DNA of 64,000 nucleotides from Schmidtea polychroa (Eukaryota): NCBI GenBank assembly GCA_044892525.1, contig CM097885.1, positions 41,356,001 to 41,420,000 of the forward strand, read 5' to 3'. Shown piece by piece: positions 14,467 to 27,200 of this stretch (position 1 is its first letter; each line of letters starts with the position of its first letter). The notes under the pieces were generated by a model. It saw only the letters and a program-made list of their open reading frames with translations, ran no database searches and was not told where the DNA came from. The position numbers and the translations under genes were made by a program.

Positions 14467-15620
14467 TCAAGGTGATGATTTCATTGATCTGTTTATGATG
14501 AGAATTGCCTCTTCAAATCTGACATTTTTCATTTGGATGTTTCTACTGGCTAAGATTTCAATTAAAATATTTTTTCTTTTCTTCCTCGGTTGACATTGTT
14601 GGAGATCTCTGTAGGTCGAGAATTTTCCACCAGGATCTAGATGTTCTTTAATTCTTTGGTGCAAGGTCCTGAGCGTACTTCCAATGTATATTTCTTTGCA
14701 TACATTGCATGTGATAGGGTTTTATTGAAAGCATATTTTCTTCGGTGTCTGGCAGTTTTCATTGTGCAAATGTTTTCTTGTTTTGTGTTGTTTGCCAGAG
14801 CTTCTCTCAAAATCCAAAATTTGTGTTATACGAATTGGAAACCCATTTCGTTTAAGTTTTTTCAGGATCTTGAAGTCGAGTATGTAGCTGATGAATGGAA
14901 TATTCAGATAAAAATATTTCTTCTTTTGTGTTATGTCCCTAGATGTTTTTGGATTGATTTCATTCTTTGAATTTCCTTAATGTTATATCCGTTTCTGTAG
15001 AGGATTTTATTGAATTTTAATTGATGTTTATAGTTCTCGTTTTCATCAGTACATCGATTGCATATCCTTAGTTTTTCGTTTGTAATGACGTGTACTTTCT
15101 GTAAGTATGGAAGCGCTGATCTTTGGTGCATAAATATTTCTTTGTGAAGTGGATTTTTGTAGATCTTGTATGTTGGAGTATCTACTTTTATTTTAATTTA
15201 AAGTCCAATAGATTGAGGGATCCATCTTCTTCCGGATCTCAACGAGCAGCTTCTTTTCAGCTTTTGGTCGTGATAAAGATATTATCGTCATGTCTTGCGT
15301 AGAATCCAGTGGATTGTATGGTCCTCAGTTTTTGTCGTTTGAGGTTATCCATTAAGATGATTGCTAACAATCCTAATATGATAGAACCCATAGGTAGACC
15401 TTAAAATTGTTTATAGGCATTCTGTTCAAAGGTAAACTAGGTGTTCTCAATGATAACAGTAAGAAGTTTGATGATATTCTCGGTATTCATTTCCTTTATT
15501 AACAAATTGTTCTTTTTTATTTCTTTTCTAAACATTTAATAGCATATTTTGGTTCGATAGATGTGTATAGTGAGAACCATACAATCCATCGGTTTCTACG
15601 CAAGATATGTAGATGATATT
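14467..15620 (-). pseudogene. Degenerate Penelope-like retroelement (RT C-terminal half + GIY-YIG endonuclease)
   Basis: Minus-strand fragments PMGSIILGLLAIILMDNL, FYARHDDNIF, ILYRNGY, CNVCKEIYIGST and HQRIKEH, with stops and frameshifts. Confidence 0.75.
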
Positions 15621-16129
15621 ATATTTTATATTGTAATATTTTGTATTATAATTATATTATATTTTATTGCGAGTTGAATTTTTAAAAGTATTTTAACTTT
15701 CTTTGGACTTATATAGTTCACCCGTCAACAAACAAAACTTTATATACAACAGAAAAAAATTAAAAAAATTAAAGCACTTTTTTGATATTTAAAATAATTC
15801 CTGTGGTAGACCGTAAGGATTAATCTAGTCAAAGTCCCCACGATACTTGAAGGCTTTGCCATCCCTAATATATTTGTTGAAACATGATTCGATCAAAAAA
15901 GAATTGGAGAGCGAAAGACTTCTTGTTATCGATAATTGTGAGAGGTTTTACAATTGGTTTGTTCAGATATTAAAAATGTGGCATAAAGGCATGGAAAAGT
16001 TAATCCTTATTTCTTACTCTAATAGGCAATGTGATTATATTTTCAATAAATGACTGAGATGTACCACAGAGAAATTATATCGATGAATCAACCACTGATA
16101 AAGGTTAAAATAATATTAATATCAATAAT

Positions 16130-16780
16130 TAAAATTAAATAAAAATTAAATTAAAAAGAAAATAAAAATAAAAAAGAAAATAAAAAGAAAATAAAATAAA
16201 AAATAAAAATAAAATAAAATAAAAATAAAATAAAAATAAAATAAAAATAAAATAAAAATAAAATAAAAATAAAATAAAAATAAAATAAAAATTAAATAAA
16301 AATTAAATAAAAATTAAATAAAAATTAAATTAAAATTAAATTAAAATTAAATTTAAATTAAATTTAAATTAAATTTAAATTAAATTAAAATTAAATTAAA
16401 ATTAAATTAAATTAAAATTAAATTAAAATTAAATTAAAATTAAATTAAAATTAAATTAAAATTAAATTAAAATTAAATTAAAATTAAATTAAAATTAAAT
16501 TAAAATTAAATTAAAATTAAATTAAAATTAAATTAAAATTAAATTAAAATTAAATTAAAATTAAATTAAAATTAAATTAAAATTAAATTAAAATTAAATT
16601 AAAATTAAATTAAAATTAAATTAAAATTAAATTAAAATTAAATTAAAATTAAATTAAAATTAAATTAAAATTAAAATTAAATTAAAATTAAATTAAAATT
16701 AAATTAAAATTAAATTAAAATTAAATTAAAATTAAATGAAATTAAAATAAAATAAAAATAAAATAATTAAAATAAAATTT
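16130..16780. repeat. A/T-only satellite, mainly an 11-bp AAATTAAAATT unit grading from AAAATAAAATA
   Basis: Visible tandem array. Confidence 0.92.
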
Positions 16781-17281
16781 AAAAATGAAATAATAAGAAT
16801 ACAAATAAATTAATAATAAAATAAAAATAAAATAATAAGAAAATAATAATATTTACATTAAACTTTTGAAAAAACAGCTCCAAAAATTTTTATTATAAAG
16901 AATAGTAAAAAAGATTATCTAATGTAATTAAAAAATTTAAATGTTAATAAATAAAGACGAATAAAAATTTATGATTTTACTAATAAAAGCAATATTAATA
17001 AAAATTACAATTGCATTAAATTTCTAAAATATTGAAATTTGGATGTAATAAAATAAAAATCGCCAGTTTAATGAATAATAATTATTCACGATCAAATAAT
17101 AATTTATTTTTGGTAATGTGTTTCTATTGGTCCAAAATATCAATGCGTGGAAAAAATTGTAATTTTTGAAAATTTTAAATAAAGACTTTATAGTGAACAG
17201 TTATTGTAAATTTTTCAAATTTAACTTAATTTAATTTGAAATAATCATTATAATTATAAATTTCGATACAAATTAACTCAC

Positions 17282-17546
17282 ATTGACTGCTTCCAATATA
17301 TTTCTTTCAGTCATTGCATATTTTGTATCATTTTTTTTATTTGTAATCAAACGAGCTTTTTTGACAACTTTCATAGCAAAATATTCACCAGCCATTGCCC
17401 CGTTAACTTTTTTTGCTAAAAATACTTGTCCATAACCGCCTTTACCAAGCTTTTTTAACAAATCAAAATCGTGAGATGTAACTTTTACTCCAGGAGGATT
17501 AACTGTTTCTTCGCATATGTCGACTGATTTTGAGGCTGTATCATAG
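17282..17546 (-). CDS. RPS6KB1: S6 kinase-like gene, exon 3 (Gly loop, catalytic Lys, helix C)
   Basis: EETVNP..DFDLLKKLGKGGYGQVF..FAMKVVKKA..DTKYAMTERNILEAV; gtgagt donor. Confidence 0.88.
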
Positions 17547-17619
17547 CTGTTTTCGAAATATTGTAATTCAATGTATAGAAAGAATATTTATATTTTATTA
17601 AAATTATAGAATAACTTAC

Positions 17620-17651
17620 TCATCTTTATTTAAATGATCGGAGTCACTAGC
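17620..17651 (-). CDS. RPS6KB1: S6 kinase-like gene, putative micro-exon 2
   Basis: tttttag acceptor and gtaagt donor; 32 nt, phase 0 to phase 2, joins exon 3 in frame. Confidence 0.55.
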
Positions 17652-17699
17652 CTAAAAATAAAATATTTCTACATAATCAAAAGACCGAATATATTCTAC

Positions 17700-17792
17700 T
17701 TCTATTTCAATTCCGTTGTCAAAATCGCATTTTAATTGAAGATCTTGAAAAACCTTTAAACCTTCGATTGACGAAACTTTAGCTATTGCCAT
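17700..17792 (-). CDS. RPS6KB1: S6 kinase-like gene, putative exon 1 (MAIAKVSSIEGLKVFQDLQLKCDFDNGIEIE)
   Basis: ATG at 17792, GT donor at 17699; phase-compatible with the following exons. Confidence 0.55.
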
Positions 17793-18100
17793 TGATAGTA
17801 AGCTTTAAACTATTTTTTTCAAACGCATTTAACAATGCAAGCAATATTTTAATTTAAAAGTGAGATATTTGGAAATGAAATATTAAAACAATCGTAAGAT
17901 GATTAAATATTTAAGTACATTGTTTGCATTATTTAAAATGAAAGAAAGTAATTTTTATAATATTATATTTTTTAAATTATTATGAATTTTTGATTTTAAA
18001 ACTTTTTGAATTTATTATAAATATTTTAAGATTGAATTTAAATGTTTTTGGGAAATTATTTTTTTGTTAATTTGCGCGTTATGATATCATCAATCACATA

Positions 18101-18240
18101 ATAACAGATCAGGACATGCAATTCGAGAGTGACCTTTTCCACTCATTATTCCAAGAATTCGGTTTTAAACATATACACACAACATACGGCACTCAAACCA
18201 ATGGGATGATTGATCGTTTATATCGATCTTTAAAAACATC
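18101..18240 (+). pseudogene. Short Gypsy integrase core fragment
   Basis: ITDQDMQFESDLF..HIHTTYGTQTNGMIDRLYRSLKT. Confidence 0.6.
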
Positions 18241-19174
18241 TTTCAGATGTCCTACTTAGGTTGGCGCCACACGCTCCACTCACTACTGATACCTCTTTGC
18301 TAAACTACTTTTCGAAGCTGGGACATGTTTCCCCTGTGAATACCTTACTAATACTAAGGATATCCCAAATCAATAAAAAAGAATAAAGAAAATGATGAAG
18401 AGTTGACTGAAAGAAGACGAGAAGTGTAGGAGACTCTTTGTGGAAAATAGTGAAATATATCGATTAATTAAAAACATCACAAAATTAATTTATATTATTT
18501 CTATCAATAATATTATTGATTTAAGTAGATTTGTGAATATCATCATTATTTAATTTCGTATTGCTTATTTTACCATAGATTTCAGCGTTAGGTGAGGATG
18601 AGGGCGGCCGTGTGACGACTGGAGGATGAGTTAATAGCTGACAAAATTCACTGAAAGGAAAAGCTTCAAGAAAACTAAATTTATGCCAACGGACATTACC
18701 AACGGACAATTTTTGTGTTTTGTCTGTGTTATGTCTCTCTCTATCTTAGCGCTATTTTTATTTATGTTTTAACTCCCCAAAAAAGGAAAAATTGAATGAT
18801 AAAAAATATATTAGCATTTTTCTTTAAAATTTTAAATAAAAAGTCTAAAGAAAAAAATTAGGATTTATTTTACTTCCGTCATTTATGACAAGTTACAGGG
18901 CTAGTTATTAAATAATTGTAGTGTTATAAAAAAATTTCACTATAATTTAAAAAATATCGGTATAATAAATAAAATTCGTTAACATAATTAATCCTATGAG
19001 TCCCGAATTTTTTTTTAATCAAAGTAAATTTATTTGGAAGATTACTTCATTATAATCATTTTACACATTTAAAAAATTTTAAAAATCCATTGGGTTAAAA
19101 GAAAATTATTTTCAAAAAATGTTATAAAAATTCTAAAATAGTTGACTATTTTGGTTGAATATAATTGATATAAT

Positions 19175-19540
19175 ATTAGTAAGTAAGACACCAAGCCCAC
19201 ACCACATTGTTCACATTTATAAGGAGTTTTGATCTCATTTCCTACTTTCGAACCAACAACACATCTTTAATGACATATGTCGATTGAATATTGGAGTTAG
19301 ATGTAATCGATCCAGGTTCTACTTAGATTTTCTGTGAAGTTGTTCTATCCATAGTTCTATCAAACAATTTATGCTTCAAGAAGTTTTTCCTTCAACTTCA
19401 ATTTCACTTTGAAAAAGCCATTTTTAAAATTGTAACTCAATTATCTGACGATTAGAATGTGATAAAAATTTGTTTTATATCTCAAAATGTTCGTTATTAT
19501 AAGTTCTAAATAATGATGTAAAAACCTATGATTTGTACCT
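19175..19540 (-). pseudogene. Probable piggyBac transposase C-terminal (Cys-rich) remnant
   Basis: Minus strand ..LRCVVGSKVGNEIKTPYKCEQC.. resembles the piggyBac cysteine-rich domain; degenerate. Confidence 0.4.
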
Positions 19541-19721
19541 CATACTTTCGGAGAAAGTCGCTCTGGAGCCATAGGTGTTAACTAGAAATATTTTTATATA
19601 TTTAATCAGTTATTTATTCGTGTCGGCTTCTCATTTTCATTCATTTTGCTTTAGATAAATTCCGGCATAATTCCAAAATAGCGAAAATAATTTAAAATTT
19701 AATGAATTCAAACGAACACTT

Positions 19722-20015
19722 TTAAACTTTGTAACAATTTGTTATTTGATTTTGCATAAGTGATCCAGTTGGGCAAAGACAAAAAGAGGCATCGGCTGTG
19801 ATTCTTTCTTGATTGTTGTATTGTTGGGTGCAGTTCTCACAACAGAGATTAAATCGAAATTTTTTCATCTTGAACAAAATGTTGCAAAGAACACAAATTA
19901 ATGTGCAATTGAATGTCGACTTCAAGGATCCAATGCATTTTCCTTGCTCTTCGGAGAGAACAGTTCTTGACAGACTCAAAATTAAATAAAATACAAAAAT
20001 CTTTGGCACCTTCAT
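19722..20015 (-). CDS. Small secreted cysteine-rich protein, eclosion-hormone-like Cys framework
   Basis: ATG-started 97-aa ORF; hydrophobic signal (IFVFYLILSLS); 10 Cys including C-x3-C-x2-C-x13-C-x3-C. Confidence 0.6.
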   Translation of the reverse strand: MKVPKIFVFYLILSLSRTVLSEEQGKCIGSLKSTFNCTLICVLCNILFKMKKFRFNLCCENCTQQYNNQERITADASFCLCPTGSLMQNQITNCYKV

Positions 20016-20406
20016 TTTTTAATATTTAACGTATTTTAGAAGTCGACTTTAAAAATTCAATAAGAATTCTCAATCTAGATTAAGTCCAAATTGTTGAAAT
20101 TGTAATATTTGGTATTTATTTCGTAAATATGAAAATTTGAAACTTTTAATCATTTTTGATCTTTCTGTAACATAAATGTATCATATTTGCACTTGAAAAG
20201 AAAGAAAAATGTCAAAATTTGAAAAACTTAAGCAGTAACTAAAATTAGACGGATAGAAATCGATGAGAATCTCGGAGCTTGAATCGATAAAGAAGAATGG
20301 TACAAAGTCTATGAATATAAATAACATTCGTGAAATATAAGAGAAAAGTACAAATATAGATAAATAGTATAAAATTTTATAAAATATTATAAAATTGAGT
20401 TAAGGA

Positions 20407-20529
20407 TAGAGTTGCCACACGTCCTACTTTCGGTATGACAGTCATATAATTTGGATATTTGTCCTAAGTACTATTGCAGTATGTTATGGATTTTTCCTAC
20501 TTTGAGCCTCTCAAAGTGTGCCAACCCTA
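20407..20529. mobile_element. 123-bp MITE (8-bp TSD, hAT-like)
   Basis: TIRs TAGAGTTGCCACAC / GTGTGCCAACCCTA; TSD GTTAAGGA on both sides. Confidence 0.75.
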
Positions 20530-21433
20530 GTTAAGGATAAAATAAATGATAAGGAAAACATAGTATGAATTATTAGATTTAAAAACGCATTAAAAGGTAT
20601 GAAAACACAAATATATGTAAAAATAGAGCATTTTTAATTAGTTATCAGCCGTACGAAATATTGAGTATACATGGACGATGTCCACTGGACGCACTAAATG
20701 GAACAAAATGTTCCATTATGAAAAGTCATGGTTTACAATTGCTTGTGAGAATATACTGTATAATGTCAAATATTATTCTATTTTACTATAAAATGAAATT
20801 ATTGTATTACAGATGACAAATGATTATTGTTAAAATTTATTTTTGAGTTTTGATCAGTTTTGTCTACATTAACGTTTTACGAGTTCGTAATATCGGGTAA
20901 TTCGTTTGTTGTGCTTCTAAATACGAATTTTCCTTTTAAACAGGTGTATTAATGATAGAACTTTAACCATGAATATCATTTCATTCAACGTCTTTTTTAA
21001 AAATTTTAGTGACAATGACAAGACCAAGGCTATTGACTTTTTAGAAGCCTGTGTTACTATAAATGGAAGTTTGTTTGTTCATTAAAATGATGATCTCGGT
21101 GATGAAACTAATAGTATTGGGTCTGCAGTAAATGCCAATGACGAAAGTCAAGGAGAGGACACACAGTCCGATTCGTAATCAGCCCTATAGGATAGTGAAG
21201 ATGGTGAAGATGATGTGGATGTATTTTTTAGTGGAAGTGAGTTGGGAGTGAATTAGAAGAAATACTCGATATTAATCCAAACTGGATATTTAGAGTCATT
21301 ATCAAAAGAATTTGATGAAGTAAAATATGAATTTGGAAAGGAGAAATCCGAAGAGCCAAAATATTTCATTAAATGAATTTATAAAAGTTTGAAATCCCAT
21401 TTGTGGCATTAGTCTACGGTTGGAATGTAGAAG

Positions 21434-22514
21434 TGTTAGATGATGAGGGTAGGCCCATCACTACATTTAGCTTAAATAAATATTATAAGACTGGGCCCAA
21501 AAAATATAGAATCAATGTGTGCGCTGAAGAGCGTAGGTAAATCAAATAGCCCAATTCCCCAACAATCCAATGCATCAAATAGCAACCAACAATTCAATTC
21601 CTAAATCAAATTCATCAAATGATGACAATAACTTCTGTGTGATGAATTAACATTGACCTATTCATTTTTCATTTTGTAGTATATCTTATTGACATTATTC
21701 TATGTGACCTATTTACTTTATCTGTGTGACATTTTGTGTGTTTCTAACTTTATTTTTATTTTTATTTGTAATTGTATCGGTAAACACAAAAAAAATAAAT
21801 ATATATAAAGGGTAAATTTATTAGTTTTATAAAAGAACAATTATTAATATGAAAATTAATTAGTTCTACAAAATAATAATTATAAAACATCTGTTAAAAG
21901 AAAATTCTTTTTTTAAGCATAAGAACACTTGAAATATAAAAATAATAATTTAAGTGTTTGAAATAAATCCATTGAGTACACATATAAAAATAATAACAAA
22001 TTATTCTTGAAAATAATAACTCTTGATAATAGAAAATAATAATAAATTATTTTAAGTATTCTTGAAAATAATAAATCTTGATTTTATAATAATAGAAAAT
22101 AATAATAAATTATTTTAAGTATTCTTGAAAATAATAACTCTTGATTTTATGTCTAAAAAATTAATATAAATAGCGATACAAAATTCATTTTGTTCGCCCA
22201 AAAATTTCAGCGAAAAACTCTTATTCAAAGGTTAATCCTTAGAATAGCTCAATACCCGAATCAGCACAAAAAGATTCACATATAGACTAAACATACTAAG
22301 GTACAACACGCATTACACAACATATAACAATACACATATAATTTTTACAAGCATTTCAGAAAGAGGTATTGAAAAAGAATTGTCAAAGCATTGCAAATTT
22401 TTTATATTTGGTAATTGTTGATTATAATAAATCTTAATACATATATTTGTCTTTGTTTTGATATATATATAGGAACCAGTAAGTTGAGTGTTCCCGAATA
22501 TCGAGACCTCAACA
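21434..22514 (+). repeat. Element A 5' LTR
   Basis: TGTTAGA...TCAACA; only two substitutions versus the 3' LTR seen by eye; internal tandem repeats of about 60 bp near 22000-22150. Confidence 0.96.
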
Positions 22515-22516
22515 TT

Positions 22517-22534
22517 TGGTGCCGCGAACCGGGA
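22517..22534 (+). promoter_or_regulatory. Primer binding site of A, probably tRNA-His
   Basis: TGGTGCCGCGAACCGGGA 2 nt after the LTR; complement ends ..GCGGCACCA, like animal tRNA-His 3' ends. Confidence 0.7.
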
Positions 22535-22721
22535 CTTTAAAATCAATTATTGTTATTCACAATTTGGGGGATAGGAATTGAGATCAGAGGGTATAGTATT
22601 TTATATTGGGAAAATATATTTATAAAAAACAATATCATTGACCAATTTTTAAATAAATAAATTCAGTTTTGAAAATTATTAAATAATTCGAAAAGATAAA
22701 ATAGATAATCAACCCGAAATA

Positions 22722-24281
22722 GTGTATAATCTCAGAAATAGAATAATCTATAGGATGAATAATAATAATAATAATTACATAAAAATTTTACCAGTAGAAC
22801 CATATAGAGGAGAGCCTGAAAAGTTCGACGACTTTTTCACTGAGATCGCTCAGTATGCAGAAGCTTGCGGGTGGACACCTGATGAGTTAAAAATGAGAAT
22901 ACCACTATATTTAAAAGGTTATGCGTTACAGGCATACAATAAGTTAGAATGTAAAGGAAATAATTTTGATCAACTCGTAAGATATCTGAGAGCAGAAATA
23001 GTAATCGATAGCGATTTACAAAAGATAAATGTTCAAAAATTTAGAAACAGATATCAAGGTACTAGAGAATCAGTTGGTGAATATGTATATACAATTACGG
23101 AGTTAGCGAAAAAGGCATTTGGTGCAGGTGAGCACACAGCAAAATTAATTGAGGATCAGTTTTGGAATGGTATACAAAAATATTTATATAAAGCATTAAT
23201 TATGGTAGAATATGGTAATTTAAATGAATTAGTTCATAAAGCTAAGCGTATAGAAGCAATACAACGAGATAGATTTAGTTCACATGTAGATGCAATGGAA
23301 ATCCAAAAACCCATAGAGGTAAAATCTGAGTTGGGTAAGTCAGATGACAACATCCCCTGGGAGGAGATGAAACAACTATATTTGAACTTTGTAAAAAATA
23401 GACGAAGGGTAAGCCCGAGTCCAGATAGAAGTCAATCGCCTGAAAACAGGAGAAGGTTTGACAATGTGAGAAATAGAAATTTTGAGAATAGAAACAATAG
23501 AAATACTTTTGATAGAGACAATCGAAATAGTTATACGAGAGATAATCGAGTCGATTTTAGTAGAAATAATTGGAGAAATAATAAATATGATAGAAATAAT
23601 AGATATGATAATAGAGATAATACAAATGAATTGAGACGTAGACAGACAAGTCCATATAGACAGAATTCATACAGAGAAAGGCGAGGGAGCCCTTATAATA
23701 ATGATGGTAGAGATAAAGTAAATTTTAATGGACAAATCAAATGTTATAACTGTCAGAAATATGGTCACTTAGCTAAAGTATGCAACAATGCGCGAAGCGA
23801 ATCGCCTAATAGAGTGAGATTTAAAAATGAGCCTGAGATAAAACAGATTAATAGTGCTGAGTTGATATCAGCTAATGATGAAATAAACAGTTTGAGAGAG
23901 GAATTAAAAGAATTTAAAACTCAATATGGGAGACTTATTGAGAGAAAGTTAGAAATGTCATTAAATGAGTTTCAGTGTTTTACCAATGATGTAGATATAG
24001 ATAATGATGAGTTTCGTGAAGCAAGAGAAGCGGATGAGAAATTTCTTGCAGAAACAAATAGATGTAAAGAGTTAAAAGAAGAATTGAGAGAGACATTAGA
24101 AAAATGGCCTTATGATGATAATGAGACATTGCGTATAATAAATAGAGTTCAAGTCGAAGGAATTGACTTAGAATATTTGAGAAATTTGATACCACTGATG
24201 GTAAAGAGACAAAATATGACAAGAGTATTTGAATTAGAAATAGAATTGAAAGAAATGATAAAATGCTATGGGAATTTGTGA
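22722..24281 (+). CDS. gag: Element A Gag (capsid-like, RS/N-rich region, one CCHC knuckle) plus most of the helical-bundle domain; first ATG at 22755; ends at an apparent frameshift
   Basis: YLKGYALQAY, FRNRYQGTRESVGEY, CYNCQKYGHLAKVC. Confidence 0.9.
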   Translation: MYNLRNRIIYRMNNNNNNYIKILPVEPYRGEPEKFDDFFTEIAQYAEACGWTPDELKMRIPLYLKGYALQAYNKLECKGNNFDQLVRYLRAEIVIDSDLQKINVQKFRNRYQGTRESVGEYVYTITELAKKAFGAGEHTAKLIEDQFWNGIQKYLYKALIMVEYGNLNELVHKAKRIEAIQRDRFSSHVDAMEIQKPIEVKSELGKSDDNIPWEEMKQLYLNFVKNRRRVSPSPDRSQSPENRRRFDNVRNRNFENRNNRNTFDRDNRNSYTRDNRVDFSRNNWRNNKYDRNNRYDNRDNTNELRRRQTSPYRQNSYRERRGSPYNNDGRDKVNFNGQIKCYNCQKYGHLAKVCNNARSESPNRVRFKNEPEIKQINSAELISANDEINSLREELKEFKTQYGRLIERKLEMSLNEFQCFTNDVDIDNDEFREAREADEKFLAETNRCKELKEELRETLEKWPYDDNETLRIINRVQVEGIDLEYLRNLIPLMVKRQNMTRVFELEIELKEMIKCYGNL

Positions 24282-27200
24282 GAAAAAATCAGAAATTACA
24301 TGAGTCATTAAATATAACTATTGAGGCAAAGGACCTTTCGAGAATACTTATGCGTAGTACAGGGGTACATGTTTGCACAAAAGTGAATAAAGTGAAACAG
24401 ATGGCCAGAGCAAATTGGCCCGAAAAATTGGGAGATAATGATAAAGTGAAACTGTATTTTAACGGCGTAGAAATGATGAATAATGAATATATAATTGACT
24501 ATGGAGTAAACGTCATTGATAACAATATTATTTCTGCAGTAATAGAAAGGCAAGAAAGTAAACAAGTGGATACACCAACTCCATCAGTAGAATTGAGTAT
24601 AAACGATGAAAATGACTACGACAAATTATTTAGATTGTGGGATGCTTCTTCAGGAGGGGCAATGAGGTCACCAACAGCTAGCGAGGAAATCTTTAAACCT
24701 ATAGATACTAAATATGATAATTTACATGAGACAATAGAAAAAATTGCGAAACAAGCAAATATGCAGGATGCAGAGACGATGAGACGAGGTAGGGGAAGGC
24801 CTCGAAAATCGGAAATAGCCGAAAAGTCAGATGACAGAAAGGCAGCAGAGCGTTTAAGAGATATTGCAAATAATATGAGACAGGAAGCCCCAAAAAATCA
24901 GGATAATGACAAAGATATAAAGATGATAACTGAGTTAGTTAAAGCAATGAATATGAGACGATTTCCGGAAGCAAAACCATCAGCGTTAATAGAAAATATA
25001 GTTAAAAAGATTAAATTAATGGAAAAAGAGATTAGAGAATTGAGTGCAGAGGAAGCAAATGAAGAGACAGTGTTAAAGATATTATTTACAACAGGAGTTA
25101 ATCGAGATAAAGTGATTACGGCAATGGCATATTTAATAGCAAGATACAAGAAACTTTTGCGATTGAATCCAAAGAATCAAATAGAAAATATCGCTAAAAT
25201 GATATATAATAAATTAAAGATAGGTGCTATGCCATGGATAAAATTAAAGGGAGGATGGAAAATACTGTATGATGAGAGTCTAATAGAAAGTGCTCAGGAA
25301 AGCGTAGAAAATAATATTAATGTAGAAATAGATGATACGGAGGAAACAGTAAAAAATCTAGTAAATAAAACAACTATGAAACCAAGTCAAAAAGAAAGAA
25401 AGTCGACAATGTCAATAGTAATTATAGTAATAACATTGTTATTAGATCTGATAAAAGGGAATAATGCGATCATAGCGTATGACTGTCAGAATCCTAAGTG
25501 GGGACAGAAATATTCATTATTAGATGTAGAAAATTGCCCAGAGGCTAATCCAACAAAACTAATTGTTGCAGATCCAAAGATTTTTCACATATATCAAGAG
25601 TCTGACTTCATTCACACTGAGGCAGGAGAATGTATCGTTAAATATTCAGAGGAAAGTTTTGTATGTAATAAAATAGCGAGAACAATATTAACTCCAACAT
25701 GGGCACCAGAAGCGATAATAATAGCACCAATCGAATGCGAAAATGCATTTAAAACAAAAAAGATAAAAACGCCGGATGGATTTGAGTTAAATGCTCAGGT
25801 AGGAGCACGAGTAAGGCAATTAGTAAATGTCGTTGGATGGTCATCAATAGGAGGATATTGTGAAGGAGGAACATATAAAATATGGGGGCACGTAGCAGAC
25901 AATATTGTTGTAAGACGACAATATTATATTGAATTAAGGAAATTCAAGGCGTCATTTGATAGTTCATCAAAGAAAATGATGACACATAAGTTCTGTACAT
26001 TAGATGAGACCAGCTGCGATACAGGTGAGTCAATGATCATATACAAGGTAAATAAATACGAATGCCATCTAACTAAACTAAAGACACTGAAATTCAGAAC
26101 GATACGAGGTAAACAGTTCACGGATGTAGATTCCAAGAATATCAAAGACCAAAAACGACGAGCAACGATAATTCAAGAGAGAGATACCCCAACAATATAC
26201 ATGTCAGATTCTGAAACAGAGGCGATGAGGTTTGTGGGAAAAGGTGAAAGTATTAAATGTGGTAAGGCAGTCATACAAACAAATTACGAGGGAATTTATA
26301 TCAGCGGAAGTGAAATTAAAGAGGCAAAATCAAGAATAGATAAATTCGATGTCAAGCTAGCGTCATATTTTAATAATAAAATCGACTACTTTTATCATCA
26401 TCAGTTAGTACAATTGGACAAAGTATATCAAGCAACTATTGCAAACGATTGTAAACTTAACAGAGAAATTTTAAGAACAAAGATGGCGGTTGCAGTCACA
26501 AACCCAGATTTAATGGCACCAATTTTATTTGCAGAAAAAGGGACATTTGCAAGAGTTGTCGGCGAAGTGATACAAACATTTCAGTGTAAACCGGTTAGCG
26601 TATCTTTAGCAACAAATAGTAAGTGCACAAACGAACTACCAGTAGTATATAAAGGAGAAACGGTGTATCTCCAACCAATAACAAGGATATTAACAGATAA
26701 AGACTATGTCCCGAGAAAAATTGATAAATGTACAAATCTATTAGATCCGTTATACAAAATAAATGATGATATGTGGATTACAATGTCAGATAGAAAGGAA
26801 GCAACTAAACCACAAAAACTAGAACTAACTGAACTTGAGAAAAAGTTAGAATTTCAGGAAGTCAACGAAATGGATAACAATGGGATGTATACGAGAGAGG
26901 CGATAGAGAGCGCCAGAAAACATATGTTATTTCCTCATGAAAAAGAAAAAGTTCTTTCTATCATGGTAAACAAAATCATCGAAAATAGTTATGGAGGGAA
27001 TTACAACTTTGATGTATTATTATCAAAAGAGCACTTCAAGAAAGTTGTGTATAGAGTATTATACAGCATATGGGGATATTTTGCGATTCTCGGAAATACG
27101 TTTTCCACTATATTGGGTATATATTATACAGTAGCACTATTGAAAATGATTTGCTCATCATTAGTTTCGTTAAGACAACTGAGACAAGTTTTTGGTAATT

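Noticed and set aside
24233..24281. Programmed -1 gag-pol frameshift in A
   Set aside because: No X XXY YYZ heptamer in the overlap. The break falls inside a module that is continuous in B, so a 1-nt deletion is more likely.
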